Part shown: positions 13,923-25,935 of the stretch, piece by piece
How positions within the stretch are numbered: the first letter of the stretch is position 1
How the letters are laid out: every line of letters starts with the position of its first letter
Assembly (NCBI RefSeq): GCF_009914755.1
Contig: NC_060925.1
Length of the DNA stretch: 64,000 nucleotides
Origin: the human T2T-CHM13v2.0 reference genome, Homo sapiens
Direction: 5' to 3' (one strand)
The notes under the pieces: model-generated
What the model was told of the DNA's origin: nothing
Databases searched by the model: none
What the model saw: only the letters and a program-made list of their open reading frames with translations
Made by a program: the position numbers and the translations under genes

Positions 13923-15882
13923 TGACACACCATCATTTTATCAGTACATATGAGGTATAGAAACCTTAGCCTCCCTTTATGCCTTTTTATCCTCTCCTTA
14001 TTATAATTTTCTTAAATATTTCCTTTTCACATTTAGAACCACCTAAGACAGTATTATAATTTTTACTTCAATTATCAAACAAAATCTAAAATACTCGAGG
14101 AATCTTTACCCATATTTTTGATTACCATGTTTTTTTTGTTCTTCCTGCCATTCCAAGATTCTGTCTTTTATCATTTCCTTCTGTTAGAAAACTTTGTCTA
14201 GCCATTCTGTTAGAGTAGGTCTGCTAGTGATAACTTTTCTTAGTTTGACTTCATGTTCACTGAGCATGTTTTCATTTCCCCTTCATTCCTGAGGATGTTT
14301 TCCTTGGATATAGGATTCTGAGTTAACATGTTTCAACACTTGAAAAATGTTGTGCCACTTCCTTTTGCCTCCATGGTTTCCGATAAGAAATCCACTGTTA
14401 TTTGAATTATTTTCTCTTATGAGTAAAGTATTATTTTTCTCTTTGCATTGAAGACTTTTTTCTTTGTTTTTAATTTTCTGAAGTTTGCTCAACATATGTC
14501 TTGACATAAGTTTCTCTGGTTTTATCCTATTTGGATAAAACTTTTAGAATCTGCTTTAAAAATCTATAGGGTTTTTTTGGTATTTTGCCAAATTTGGGAA
14601 ATTTTCAACTATTGTTTTTTCAGTGCTTTTTCAGCTCTGCCCTTTATCTCTTCTTCACTCCAATGACAAAATGTGTTTTTTTTTTGTTATGGCCCCACAA
14701 GTGCAGAGACTATTCATTTTTTTCTCAGTGTTTTTTCTCTCTGTTGTTCACATTGATGGTAATTTGGGTAATTGCTCTATCTTCAGATTCGATGATTTTT
14801 TCCTCTTTTTCCTTCATTTTCTTATTGAGCCCATTGAGCTTGTTACTTTCATTATTGTATTTTTTCATTCTCAAATTTTCATTTGGTTCTTCTTTATACT
14901 TTCTATTTCTTTACTACTTTCTGTTTTCATTTGTTTTAAGAATGTTCATAATTGCTTTTTAATGATGGCTCCTTTAAAATCCTGGTTAGATAATTCTAAC
15001 ATTTCTGTCATCTTGGTGTTGGCATCCGATGATCATTTTCTTTTTATTCAGTTTGAGATCTTCATGGTTCTTGGTATGATAAATAATTTTCTATTGAAAC
15101 CCGGACATTTGGGGTATAAGTTATGAGATTCAGGATCTTACTTAAGTCTTCTATTTTAACAGACTTTCTCTGACACTGCTGGGGCAGGAAAATGGGAGAG
15201 AGACACTATTTTATTACAGCGAGGTGGAGATGGAAGACCAGGCTCTTCACTTGGCCTCCACTGACACCTGAGATTGGGGCTCCTTATCACTGCTGGGCCG
15301 GGATGGGAGTTCTAAGTCTCCACTGTGCCTCCACTGACAACCTCCTGGCTCGGTGAGGTAGGGTTGCTTCTTACTGATCTCCACATGGCCACCACAGGCA
15401 CCATGGGGGTGAATGGCTCTTTACTCTGTGTAATGATGAAAAGCCCTGACTCTCTGTGAGTCCTGACGCTACCCCAATGGGGAGCAGGACAGGCAACTTC
15501 TTGCAGCCTGTTAAATGTTTAGGTTCCACATTTGATCATTGCTGGTATGGAGGTTACAAGTTTTTTGCTTTTTTGTTTTTTTTTTTCACAATGGTTGTCA
15601 CCAGTAAAGCAGTTAATTTCTAAAATGTTTCTGTTTGGTCAAGATGCCCTTTCCTTAGTTGTCTGGCTAGAGAGAAAAGACTTTTGTTGGAGCTTTTTTT
15701 TGTCTGCATTCATCAGCATTTCCAGATTGCCAGTTTCTTGAGCACCCATTTTTGGGTATATAAGGCAAACAACAACAACAACATAAAACAAAAAAATACC
15801 ACAGGAAGTTCAACCCCTTGTTGTTCCTCAAATCCTAAGGTCGCTAGCTGGTCTGCCTTCTTCTCTCAACCCTCGATTTTCT

Positions 15883-16460
15883 TTTCTTTCTTTTTTCTTA
15901 ACTTTTGTTTTAGGTTTGGGGTTACATGCGAAGGTTTGTTACATAGGTGAACTAGTGTCACAGGGGTTTGTTGTACAGATTACTTTATCATTGAGGTATT
16001 AAGCCCAATACCCAATAGTTATCATTTCTGCTCCTCCCACCTTCTACCCTCAAATAGACCCCAGTGTTTGCTGTTCCCTTGTTTGCGTTCATGAGTTCTA
16101 ATCATTTAGCTTTCACTTATAAATGAGAACATGTGGCATTTGGTTTTCTGTTTTTCTGTTCCTGCATTAGTTTGCTAAGGATAATGGCCTCCAACTCCGT
16201 CCATGTTCCCACAAAAGACATCATCTTGTTCTTTTTTATGGCTGCACAGTATTCCATGGTGGATATGTATCACATTTGCTTTATCCAATCTGTCATTGAC
16301 GGGCATTTAGGTTGATTCCATGTCTCTGCTATTATGAATATTACTGCAATGAACATTTGCGAGCATGAGTTTTTATGGTAGAATGCTTTATATTTCTCTG
16401 GGTATATACCCAGTAATGGGATTGCTGGGTTGAATGGTAGTTCTGCTTTTAGCTCTTTGA
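15883..16460 (-). mobile_element. Primate L1 3' end (older L1PA, ~L1PA13-16), 5'-truncated
   Basis: polyT, aggtttgttacataggtgaac...gggtttgttgtacagattac...gtatatacccagtaatgggattgctgg; degenerate TSD accctcgattttctt / cccctcagttttctt. Confidence 0.85.
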
Positions 16461-16556
16461 ACCCCTCAGTTTTCTTATGCTTGTTTTATATATGATTTCT
16501 AGGCTACTTATCTTGAGGAGTGGAGAAAAGCATATCTTTTTCTTCCTGGAAACAGA

Positions 16557-17135
16557 GTCACTATGCAGCCTTTGAGACTGGTTTCTTGCACTCAGCATAA
16601 TGCATTTGAGATTCATCTATGTTGTTGCATGTATTAATAGTTTATTCCTTTTTACTGCTGAGTAGTCCACTGTATATTCCAGTTTGTTTATATGTGCATC
16701 TGTTGAAGGAAATTTTGGTTGTTTCCAGTTTGGGAGACTATGAATAGAACTGCTATAAATATTTTTGTACAGGTTTTTGTAGGAACACAAATTTTCATTT
16801 CTCTAAAGTAAATACCCAGCAGCAGAATTACTGACTTGTACAATAAATTTATGCTTAAACTTTATAAGAAACTGCTAAACTGTTTTCCAGAATGGCTACA
16901 TCATTTTTCATTCCCACTAGCAGCATATGACATTTTCTGTTACTCCACATCCTTGCTTATATTTCGTATTTTCATTTTATTTTTATTTTATCCGTATTAA
17001 CAAATGTGTAATAGTATTTCATTGTGGTTTAATTTGCATTTCCCTAATAGCTAATTCCGTTTAACAGCTTTTCATGTGCTTAATTGCCATCTATATGTCC
17101 TCTTTGGGGAAGTGTCCATTTGAGTCTTTTGCCCT
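16557..17135 (-). mobile_element. Old L1M (host element, right part)
   Basis: cactcagcataatgcatttgagattcatctatgttgttgcatg...attgtggtttaatttgcatttccctaat. Confidence 0.8.
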
Positions 17136-17468
17136 TTTTTTTCTTTTCTTTCTTTTTTCTTTTCTTTTTCTTTTTTTTTTTTTTTTTTTTGAGACAGAGT
17201 TCTCACTCTGTTGCCCAGGCTGGAGTGCAGTGGAGGGATCTCACAGTAACCTCTGCCTCCTAGGTTCAAGGGATTCTCCTGCCTCAGCCTCCCCAGTAGC
17301 TGGGATTACAGGGGCGCATTACCACACCCGGTTAATTTTTGTATTTTTAGTACAGACAGGGTTTCACCATGTCGACCAGGCTTTTCTCAAACTCCTGACC
17401 TCAAGTGATCTGCCCACCTTGGCCTCTCAAAGTGCTGGGATTACAGGCGTGAGCTACCACGCCCAGCC
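17135..17468 (-). mobile_element. AluS SINE
   Basis: long T tail, gagacagagttctcactctgttgcccaggctgg...gggattacaggcgtgagctaccacgcccagcc. Confidence 0.95.
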
Positions 17469-17474
17469 AACTTT

Positions 17475-17557
17475 CTGATTCTTGATCCTCAAGGGATCTG
17501 CCCTCTTCAGTCTCCCAAAGTCCGGGGATTATAGTCATGAGCCACCACACCTGGCCC
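17475..17557 (-). mobile_element. Alu left-arm fragment (older, degenerate)
   Basis: cctcaagggatctgccc...tctcccaaagtccggggattatagtcatgagccaccacacctggcc. Confidence 0.8.
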
Positions 17558-20507
17558 TGTTTGCTGTATTGTATCCATTTCTTCCACTTCTCTGCACTTA
17601 GAACCAGTTCTGTCTCTCTCCCTCTACTGCAGTATGCTCAAGGACCATGATCAGCTGACTCCTGGAGGTTTTCATTTATCAGATTGATGTACAACTCTGA
17701 CAGGTAACCAGGAGGAATGAAGTCCAGCATGAATTTGGCCCCCATCAGATGTGTAGAAGAGCCAGGGGATGAGGGTCTAGAGAGGGAACAACTGATGAAT
17801 AAAAAAGCTCCCCAAGAAAATTCACATGCTTGGTAGTATTCCTTTTAGCACCAGCTTTTTCTGCTCCTGGCTCCTGGGGAGAAAAATGTCTCCTGCTAGT
17901 TCTGAGGCAAACCCAGTGCCACTGGACTCCCAGGGACACAGGAATGTCACCCATGCTCATGGGCTTGATTGTGTTTCAATGGCATTCATATTTCCCTGTC
18001 TCCAAAGGTACCTTCTGTTGTACTTGTGTTCCAGCTGGAGCTCTGCTTATGAGACTCCTGGAAGTGGATGTCCTGTTGCCAGCCACATCTCGGAGGTTAC
18101 TTACTACAGCAGGCGCACCATTCTCTGCCCATTTTCTTCCAAGCAAGGAAGCCCTCAGCCATTTAGCACTCATAATTGTCCTTTATACCTCAGTCTACCC
18201 ATCCTTTTATTATTATTATTATTATTTTCTCTATTTAATTGCAACGAGAAATAGACAAAAACAACTATTCTTTTTCTCAATCACTTTACTTATTTTTGTT
18301 CAGTACTGAACAATTCTCAGCTATTATATTATTGATGTATCCCGCTGCCCATTCTCTTTCTTCTCTGTGAATTCTGGACAGTTTCTCACATGCCACTAGA
18401 AGCCCACACACAAGGGCCCTCTGCTTTTCTCTGCGGAAAGCCACTCAGTGCACACAGGAGCAACCCGACAGTGCAGGTCATGTGTGTCCTCAGGGTAGCC
18501 CTTTGCTTTGAAAAATGTGCAGAATGTCGGTGAATTATTTTTATTCTTTATGAGATACATGTAGAATTCAATGTTTATTTTGTCATTTCTTTCTTGAGAT
18601 GCACATCAGCTTTGTGCATCTCAGAGTGAAAGCTCCCACAAGAGCTTCATCCACTGGTCCTATTTGTCCAATAACAAGATGGATGGAGAGTATAAAAAGA
18701 TGCCTTGTGCTTATAGTAAAAATGATGTTGATGAACTAGGAAACACATGAAGACCTTCCCCTGCCACTCACCTCCATGTGATGAAGTTGGGGACATAGTT
18801 TGACGTGGGTCCCCCGGAAGGACCAGGGGATGTGGAAGTCCAAGATGAGACTCAAACTGGGTTCCCCTACCGCCTCCTCACACCTCAGTCCAGATAGAAC
18901 AAGGGCAGCCTTGCTCAGAAGAACCTGGGGCTTCTACCAGAAAGTACTAGGAGGGAAGTGATGGAGCCAGAGGATGCAACTCATGTGGATGAGACCCATT
19001 TGGCCAATGCACAGCCGGAGAATGTGAGTGGAAGCTCATCCCTAGTGCGTAGGGGTGTGCAGTCAGCCACAGTCTTAGGCCCAACCCAGGCCCAGCCCAG
19101 CCCCAGCCCCACTGATGTCACTTTGGTGCTGGATTTGTGAGGACAAGGGAGACCAGATCCTGGCTGCCTTGCCTCTTTCTCCCTCCACTCTCCGTTGCCT
19201 CCCTGAGTCACTGCTCAGCAATAACCACTTCAAAGCGGAAGCTACAGCGGTCCCAACTCTGGGCTTGATGTCAGACTTGTCCAGTTCAGATGATGTAGAC
19301 ATTTGGACTGCCATCCTTTTGGCTTCAAGTCATTCGATTGGGCTTTTCTTCAGGACTTACACTCCCTTTACACATCCTAACTGCTCAGAGTGTGCTGAGA
19401 GAAATCATTTTTTCAGGAGTCAGTTGAGATGAGGGTTGGAGAGCAAGAGGGTTCAGTGTGTCCTCCGTGACCTGCTGTAATGTGACCAAGAGAAGGCCTT
19501 ACCCAGAAGCAGGCAGAGGCAAGAAAGGGCACCCTGGGACGGGGCATGTGGGGCCATCATGCCCTCCTGTTCCTCTACAAGGTGGCCCCAGCCTTTGAGT
19601 TTGGACTAGGAGACCTGGCCCTTTTGGAAGCGGGAGGTTGGCACTATGGTTATTAAAAGTTGCCCTGTGTGCCTGCCATCCTACCTGACCTCAATCCCTT
19701 TGCTTTGGTTAATCCAGTCACTTGTCTCATCTTTAATACATGCTCCAAAAACCCTGTAATAAGTTCCTTTGGGAAACCTTGTGTTCCAGATGCCCAAGTA
19801 ATTCTTTCAGTGTTCTGAGGGCCATAAAACGAGCAAACTGAGAGAGGGGCAGGCTAAAGATTCCTCTGAGTGTCAGGCGGATCTAGTTTCTTCTTTGACA
19901 TCTCTTCTGTCTCAAAGCACATCTGCTTAACTTGCTGGCCACACATTGCTAAAGGAATCTGTGCTAGCTTTTTCTTACTCCATTTCTAGATTTTTTTTCC
20001 CCAGACCAACTCAACACATGAGAAGATTAAGCCAGTATCCAAGCTCAAGGCTGCACCCCTAACAGCCTGATGTGTATGTGGGCAAAAGTTCTAGAAAGAA
20101 TAGCCAGTCCTCCCCTGCCCTGTTGTGACCTGTAGAAGACTCTTCATCAAAGCAATACCCCTAGCTGCACCTGACCCTGGGCGTGACCTCCAGCCCAATC
20201 CCAACAAGTACATATGGAGCCACAGGTCATAGTCAAAACATGCTGGGCTTCCTTCAGTGGCTGGCTGTGCATAGTCACAGAACAGAGCTGCAGAAAAAGG
20301 CCAATTTCTATCCATCTGAATTTTGACATTTGATTGCTATTCAATCTTGGGTCCAAACTACTCATAGCCTCAGTTTCTTCATATGAAGATGAGGAAACTT
20401 ATCTCTCTAAATTTTGGTTTGCAGTGAGACACATGATCCAGTTTGAATCTTATTAATTAGTTGTGTGCCTGATTTTTACTTTTTATTTATCCTTAAGATT
20501 GCCCTCT

Positions 20508-20855
20508 CATTGTGGTTTTAATTTGCATTTCCCTGATAATTAGTGATGTTGAGCATTTTTTATATGCTTTTTGGCCATTTGTACATCTTTTGAGAACTGT
20601 CTATTCACATCTTTTGCCCACTTTTTGATGGGATTATCTGTTTTTTTCTTGCTGATTTGTTTGAGTTCCTTATAGATTCTGGATATTAGTCCTTTGTTGG
20701 ATGCATAGTTTACAAATAATTTCTCCCACTCTGTGGGTTGTCTGTTTACTCTGCTGGTTATTTCTTTTGCTGTGAAGAAGCTTTTTAGTTTAATTGGGTC
20801 CCATCTATTTATTTTTGTTTTTGTTGCATTTGCTTTTGGGTTCTTGGGCATAAAC
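20508..20855 (-). mobile_element. Internal L1 (L1PB/L1MA-type) ORF2 C-terminal fragment
   Basis: ORF 20540-20851 [57 protein letters not shown] is L1 ORF2. Confidence 0.9.
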
Positions 20856-20859
20856 TTGG

Positions 20860-20965
20860 AGGAACTTTGGAAATCTCAAATTGCGGACAGTAGGTCCTGG
20901 GACCTGTAGGCCTTAACAGATGCCCAGGTGACTTCAATGGCCGGCCAGGTTTGGAAATCACAGGT
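20860..20965. mobile_element. MER5-like hAT-Charlie fragment
   Basis: ttaacagatgcccaggtgacttc...ccaggtttggaaatcacag resembles a MER5 terminus. Confidence 0.45.
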
Positions 20966-21154
20966 TTCCAGGCTCACAGCCCAACTCCTTTACCTGGCAT
21001 AGAAGGCTCTCCGTGATCCTGCTCCCCCTGCCTTCCAATCCTATTTCATTTCATGCCTCTTTCCTAACAGTTTATGGAATTTTGTGGCCCAACAGTGCTG
21101 AAAGCCAACAGTGTTCACACACATGATGTTATTTCACCTCTCTGCTTTAAGATA

Positions 21155-22567
21155 CAGTCATGCATCACATGATGTTTGGGTCAATGATGGAACATATATA
21201 CGATGGGGGTCCCATAAGATTATAATAGATAGAAAAATTCCTATCCCCTAGCGATGACATAGCCATGCTAAGTTCAATGCATTACTCATATGTTTGTGGT
21301 GATGCATGATGCATGACACAACATGCCATGTCATTGGGTTCAAATGGTAAAAGTGAGTTTGGGGAGGCCATTGACAGCTAAGGGCCGTCAGCTCATCAAA
21401 GGGAAAAAACAAAAATTCCTAGTATCTAAGTCTTAACACAGGATATTTTGAGCTTCCCTTTGAGTTAACCTTTATAGGGTATAAACAAGCATACCACATT
21501 GCCAGTTGTATAGAAGAATAGTCCATATAACTACATAGAGTGCATAATACTTGATAATGATAAAAATGATTATGTTACTAGTTTATGTATTTACAATACT
21601 GTATGTTTTATTGTTAGAGTGTATTCCTTCTATTTATTTAAAAAAAAGAAGGTTAACTGTAAAACAGCCCCAGGCAGGTCCTTCAGGAGGGATTGCAGAA
21701 GAAGGCATTGCCTTATAGGAGATGACGGCTCCAGGCCTGTTATTGCCCCTGAATACCTTCCAGTGGGACAAGATGTGGAGGTGGGAGAGAGTGATATTGA
21801 TGATCCTGACCCTGTCTAGGCCTAGGCTAATATGTGTGCTGCGTCTATACTTTTGATAAAAGGGTTTAAAAAGTTAAAAAAATTAATAGAAAAACTTATG
21901 CAATAAGGATATAAAGAAAGAAAATATTTTTATATAGCTGTACAATGTATTCGTGTTTTAAGGCTAAGTGTTACTACAAAAGAGTCAAGGTTTTTTAAAA
22001 ATGTAAAAGTTTATAAAGTAAAACATAACAGTAAGCTAAGGTTAATTTATTATTGAAGAAAAAATATTTCTTAAATAAATGTAGTGGAGCCTAAGTGTAC
22101 AGTGTTTATAAAGTCTACAGTACTGTAATGTCCTAGGTCTTCACATTCACACACCACACACTCACTGACCTGCCCACGGCAACTTCCAGTCCTGCAAGCT
22201 CCATTCATGGTAAGTGCTCTATGTAAGGGCACCATTTTTTATCTTTTATACCATATTCTTACTGTACATTTTCTTTGTTTAGGTATGTTTAGCTACACAA
22301 ATCCCATTGCATTACAATTGCCTACAGTATTCAGCATGGCAATGCTCACAGACTCAAGTTGTACCTTTCAGAATACTGTTGTGTTATGATACCAAATACT
22401 GTAGGCAATTGTAGCACAGTGGTTAAGTATTTGTGGGTAGCCTAGGTGTGTAGAAGGCTATACCGTCGAAGTTTGTCTAAGTGTATTCTATGATGTTCAC
22501 ACAATGATAAAATCGCCTAATGACGTATTTCTCAGAATGTGTCCCATCATTAAGCAACATGTAACTA
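21155..22567 (+). mobile_element. Tigger3b (GOLEM/MER7-type) DNA transposon, inserted in an L2 relic
   Basis: TA-cagtcatgcatcacatgatg...ggtcccataagattataat 5' end; aaatcgcctaatgacgtatttctcagaatgtgtcccatcattaagcaacatgtaacta-TA 3' end. Confidence 0.9.
21319..21474 (+). repeat. Dispersed direct copy of 24456-24616 (templated insertion)
   Basis: 156 vs 161 bp; 3 substitutions and one 5-bp indel by manual alignment. Confidence 0.97.
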
Positions 22568-22669
22568 TACTTCCCCTTCTTCCCACAATGGCCTCTTCTA
22601 ACTTATCCCCTGAAAAATTCCCATTTGTCCTTTCAGCTCCAGCTCAGACACCAAAGAGTTTTTGCAGAA

Positions 22670-22860
22670 TTTTTCCACTTATATAAAGTTCAAAACAGGC
22701 AAAACTAACCTATGCTTTAGTAGTCAGGAGAATGGTTACCCCTTGATGAGGGTGGCAGGTGCTAGTCATGTTTCTTGATCTGGGTGCTAGTTACACAGTT
22801 TTACTCCAGTTTTTGAAAATTGATCAACTGTGCACTCATGACATGTGCAGTTTTTGTACA
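22670..22860 (+). mobile_element. L1ME-type 3' fragment inside L2
   Basis: ttccacttatataaagttcaaaacaggcaaaactaacctatg...gtttcttgatctgggtgctagttacac. Confidence 0.7.
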
Positions 22861-22861
22861 A

Positions 22862-23110
22862 CCAGTTCAGATGACACTTCCTCCAGGAAGCCTTTGTGGA
22901 TACCTCCCTTAGAGTTAATTCTGCTCCTTTCCTGTTGCTGCTCTGCCTAGTTCTATCTTCTTTTCGGGTATTTAACACTCTGAATTACAATTCCTTTATT
23001 GACATGTCTGCCTCTCCATCTAAACTGGGAGCTACTTGAGTACAGGATCTGAGAATCCCCAGCACCTGCCAGCATTCTCCCACATGCTCAATAGATGAGA
23101 AGGACTGAAT
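22862..23110 (+). mobile_element. L2 3' end
   Basis: cacttcctccaggaagcct...tgtctgcctctccatctaaactgggagctacttgag...atgctcaatagatg. Confidence 0.65.
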
Positions 23111-23774
23111 GAAGGAGCAAAGAGAGGAAGAAAGCATGAGCTTGGGTGCAATGGCACTTGCTCCTTTTATCTTTCTTCTTATCAAGAATACACGATATGG
23201 TGCTACTGAGCTGTTTTTAACCAACCAGGGCAAGAAATGTAAACAGTCTCCCTTACTGTCCCTCTTGTGCCTGAGAAGGATTGCCTGTGCCCCCACAGCT
23301 GGGGATCTGGCCTCTGCAGCTCCTGGGGTGCTCAGCTGGGCTCTCAGTCCACCAAGCCGGTAGCCGCTCCTCTGATCTCATCTCTTGTGTAAACGCCACA
23401 GTCCAGAAGGCTTCCCATGGGATCACCGAGTTGGCATCTCCTCACTGTCTTCTATTATTGCTTAGCTGGAGAAAACATTTCACTGCTCCAGGCGAATCAT
23501 AACAATAACAAAAAAATTTTTTAAGGGCTTATAGGACTAGGAGGGGTTCCTGTGGCCACTTCAGAGCTAAAAGCAGACTCACCACTTGGCAACTGGAATG
23601 CCACTCCCTACCTGCATCCTCCTCTACCTTCAGTCCTCCCTGTGTCGCCTCAGGTCCCACTTCCTGCAGGTACCCCAGGCTTTTTCCCTCTCTTTCTAAC
23701 TAGCAAGACCAGCTGCTGGGACAATGGCCACCTATAACTCAGTGTACACGAATATAACTAAGTCTGAAGTAGCT

Positions 23775-24000
23775 CTGGTGTGGTGAAAAGAGCTCTGGGC
23801 TTGGAACCATAAACTCCAGGTCTCAGTTCTATCACTGTCACCTACTGCCTTGGAGCAAGTCACTCCAACTCTCTTGACCTTGCTCTCCTTTTATATAAAC
23901 CAAGACATAAACAGGGTATATCGCCTATGGATTGCTAGGAGCATTCACAGTGAGATGGGGAAGCGCAAATACTTCCATACTGCTGTAAACTTCCATGCAA
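23775..24000 (+). mobile_element. MIR
   Basis: tggtgtggtgaaaagagctctgggcttggaacc...ccttggagcaagtcac. Confidence 0.65.
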
Positions 24001-24455
24001 ATATGAATAGTATTACAGGTCACATGGATGGAAGGGCACCTTTTCAAGGGGTAGTTGCACTTTAAATCTCACATCCTGAAGGAATTTCCAACATCATTGA
24101 CTGAGGTGGGGAGAAATTGTGGGTCAGATGACTTTCTGATAAGAGCACTCCAAGACAAAAGGAAATAGAAGTATGTGGAAGGTCATTCACCTCCTTTAGG
24201 GAGCTGTATTTCCACATCCTGAGCATCCTGTCTCACTGGTTTTCAACAAGCCTGTCCCTAAGGTCAGAGGAGCCCTTCACTATGTAGTGGCTATTCTCCA
24301 AGACATAGTTGAAGCTCCAGCCTCAGTGGCCAACACTGATGGCCCACCCATGCCTGCTGCTCCTCTAAAGAACTGCTAAAATTCCCTGCACACACCTTCA
24401 CACACACAGGTGCAGAAGCCAAATCAGATGGGTAGTAAAACACACCTTCATCTGT

Positions 24456-24616
24456 CAACATGCCATGTCATTGGATTCAAATGGTAAAAGTGAGTTTGGG
24501 GAGGCCATTGACAGCTAAGGGCCTTCAGCTCATCAAAGGGAAAAAACAAAAATTCCTAGTATCTAATCTAAGTCTTAACACAGGCTATTTTGAGCTTCCC
24601 TTTGAGTTAACCTTTA
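24456..24616 (+). repeat. Donor copy of the 156-bp duplication
   Basis: same alignment; lies in unique sequence. Confidence 0.95.
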
Positions 24617-24829
24617 AGGGTGTATATGCCCAAGGAATCCTAGGTGAAACTGTAGTGCAATTGCATAGGAATATCTGACGGAGAGAGGGCTGAAACACAT
24701 TCCTGTGATGTTAGCAAGTTTGTTCCCAGAGCGTCTAAAGGGGAAGCAGAAGATATTCATCCTCAGATGCTCACAGCCACTGACAAAGCACCCAGCAACA
24801 TGGTGGCAATGAGAATGGCATTGCTGTTT

Positions 24830-25060
24830 GATGGGCTTGGGATGGAATCCTGGCTCTGTCATTTACTCAGCATGGGACCTGGTGACCCTTGGAAAAGTTA
24901 GAGTCAGGTGCCACCAACTCAGTTTCCTCAATTATACAATAGTAATTAAAATGCCCACCTCATAGTGGTACTTCGTGAATGAAAGAAAGATGATGCATGC
25001 AGAGTGCTTACCAGTGACTGGCAGGTAAAAACTCACTAAATGGTAGCTGTTTTAATATTG
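24830..25060 (+). mobile_element. MIR
   Basis: gaatcctggctctgtcatttactcagc...gtgacccttgg...ctcagtttcctca...cctcatag. Confidence 0.7.
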
Positions 25061-25769
25061 TGCTTCAGAACTAACTTTCTAGTAAGTGGCCCTTTACATA
25101 AGGACCCAAATGAACATAAGCATAAGTTAAATTCCATTTTCATCCTCCAAATATCTGTTAGCAAAGGAAGCGGGGACATCTAGGCAAAACGTGGATTAAA
25201 GAATGTCGTTTCTTATCACTTCATTTAGGTCATGGTACAAGCTGAAGGTAAAAAGTATCTATAGGGGTGCATTCTGATAGCCTGTCATTCTCACCTAAGC
25301 AAATCAGATCCTCCCAAGTGGGGGAAGAACAGAACTTCCAAAGATGGTCCCAGTCTAAGCCACCCACACCAAGTAAAGAGACATTCTAAAGTTGCAGCCA
25401 ATCCTGAGAAATAGCCACATTGGCTATCTCTTATGGGGCCACCTGGTATCATCTTGATTCTTAATGAGAATGACCGGTCATTCAGGGACTGGGCTCCCCA
25501 TGCATAGGTAACCCCCCAAACTTCTAAAATCATCTCGCTAAAAGAGAACTGAACTCTTATATTTCAACCACAGCATAGGCACCTAATCCCACCTACCAAA
25601 TTATAATCATTTTGCATCAGCCATTTCCATACTTGTGGCCTGTAAGTTTCAATTACTTTAGGGGACAGTCAAGTAACAAAGAAGGAGAGTTTCTTTATAA
25701 GAAGGCCTCCATTATGGAGCTTCTGTCTCAGAAAAGCAGTCATCCTGCCAAGACCCTACTAGAGCATAT

Positions 25770-25935
25770 AGTTCATAAATGTTTATTGAGCAGTTGACTG
25801 ATTCATTGATTCATAAATGTAGTTATTCAACAAATGCATACTGGGCACTTACTTCTGCAAGGCTCAAAGGCCAGAGATGATTAAGAGACAGTCCCTGATC
25901 TAAAGAAACTCAAAATCTAATGGAAGAGTATAAAA
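25770..25935 (-). mobile_element. L2 3' end
   Basis: ttattcaacaaatgcatactgggcacttac...agacagtccctgatctaaagaaactcaaaatctaatgg. Confidence 0.65.

Noticed and set aside
20540-20851. Functional reverse-transcriptase-related CDS
   Set aside because: Only a 103-aa L1 ORF2 C-terminal remnant with no promoter or upstream domains.
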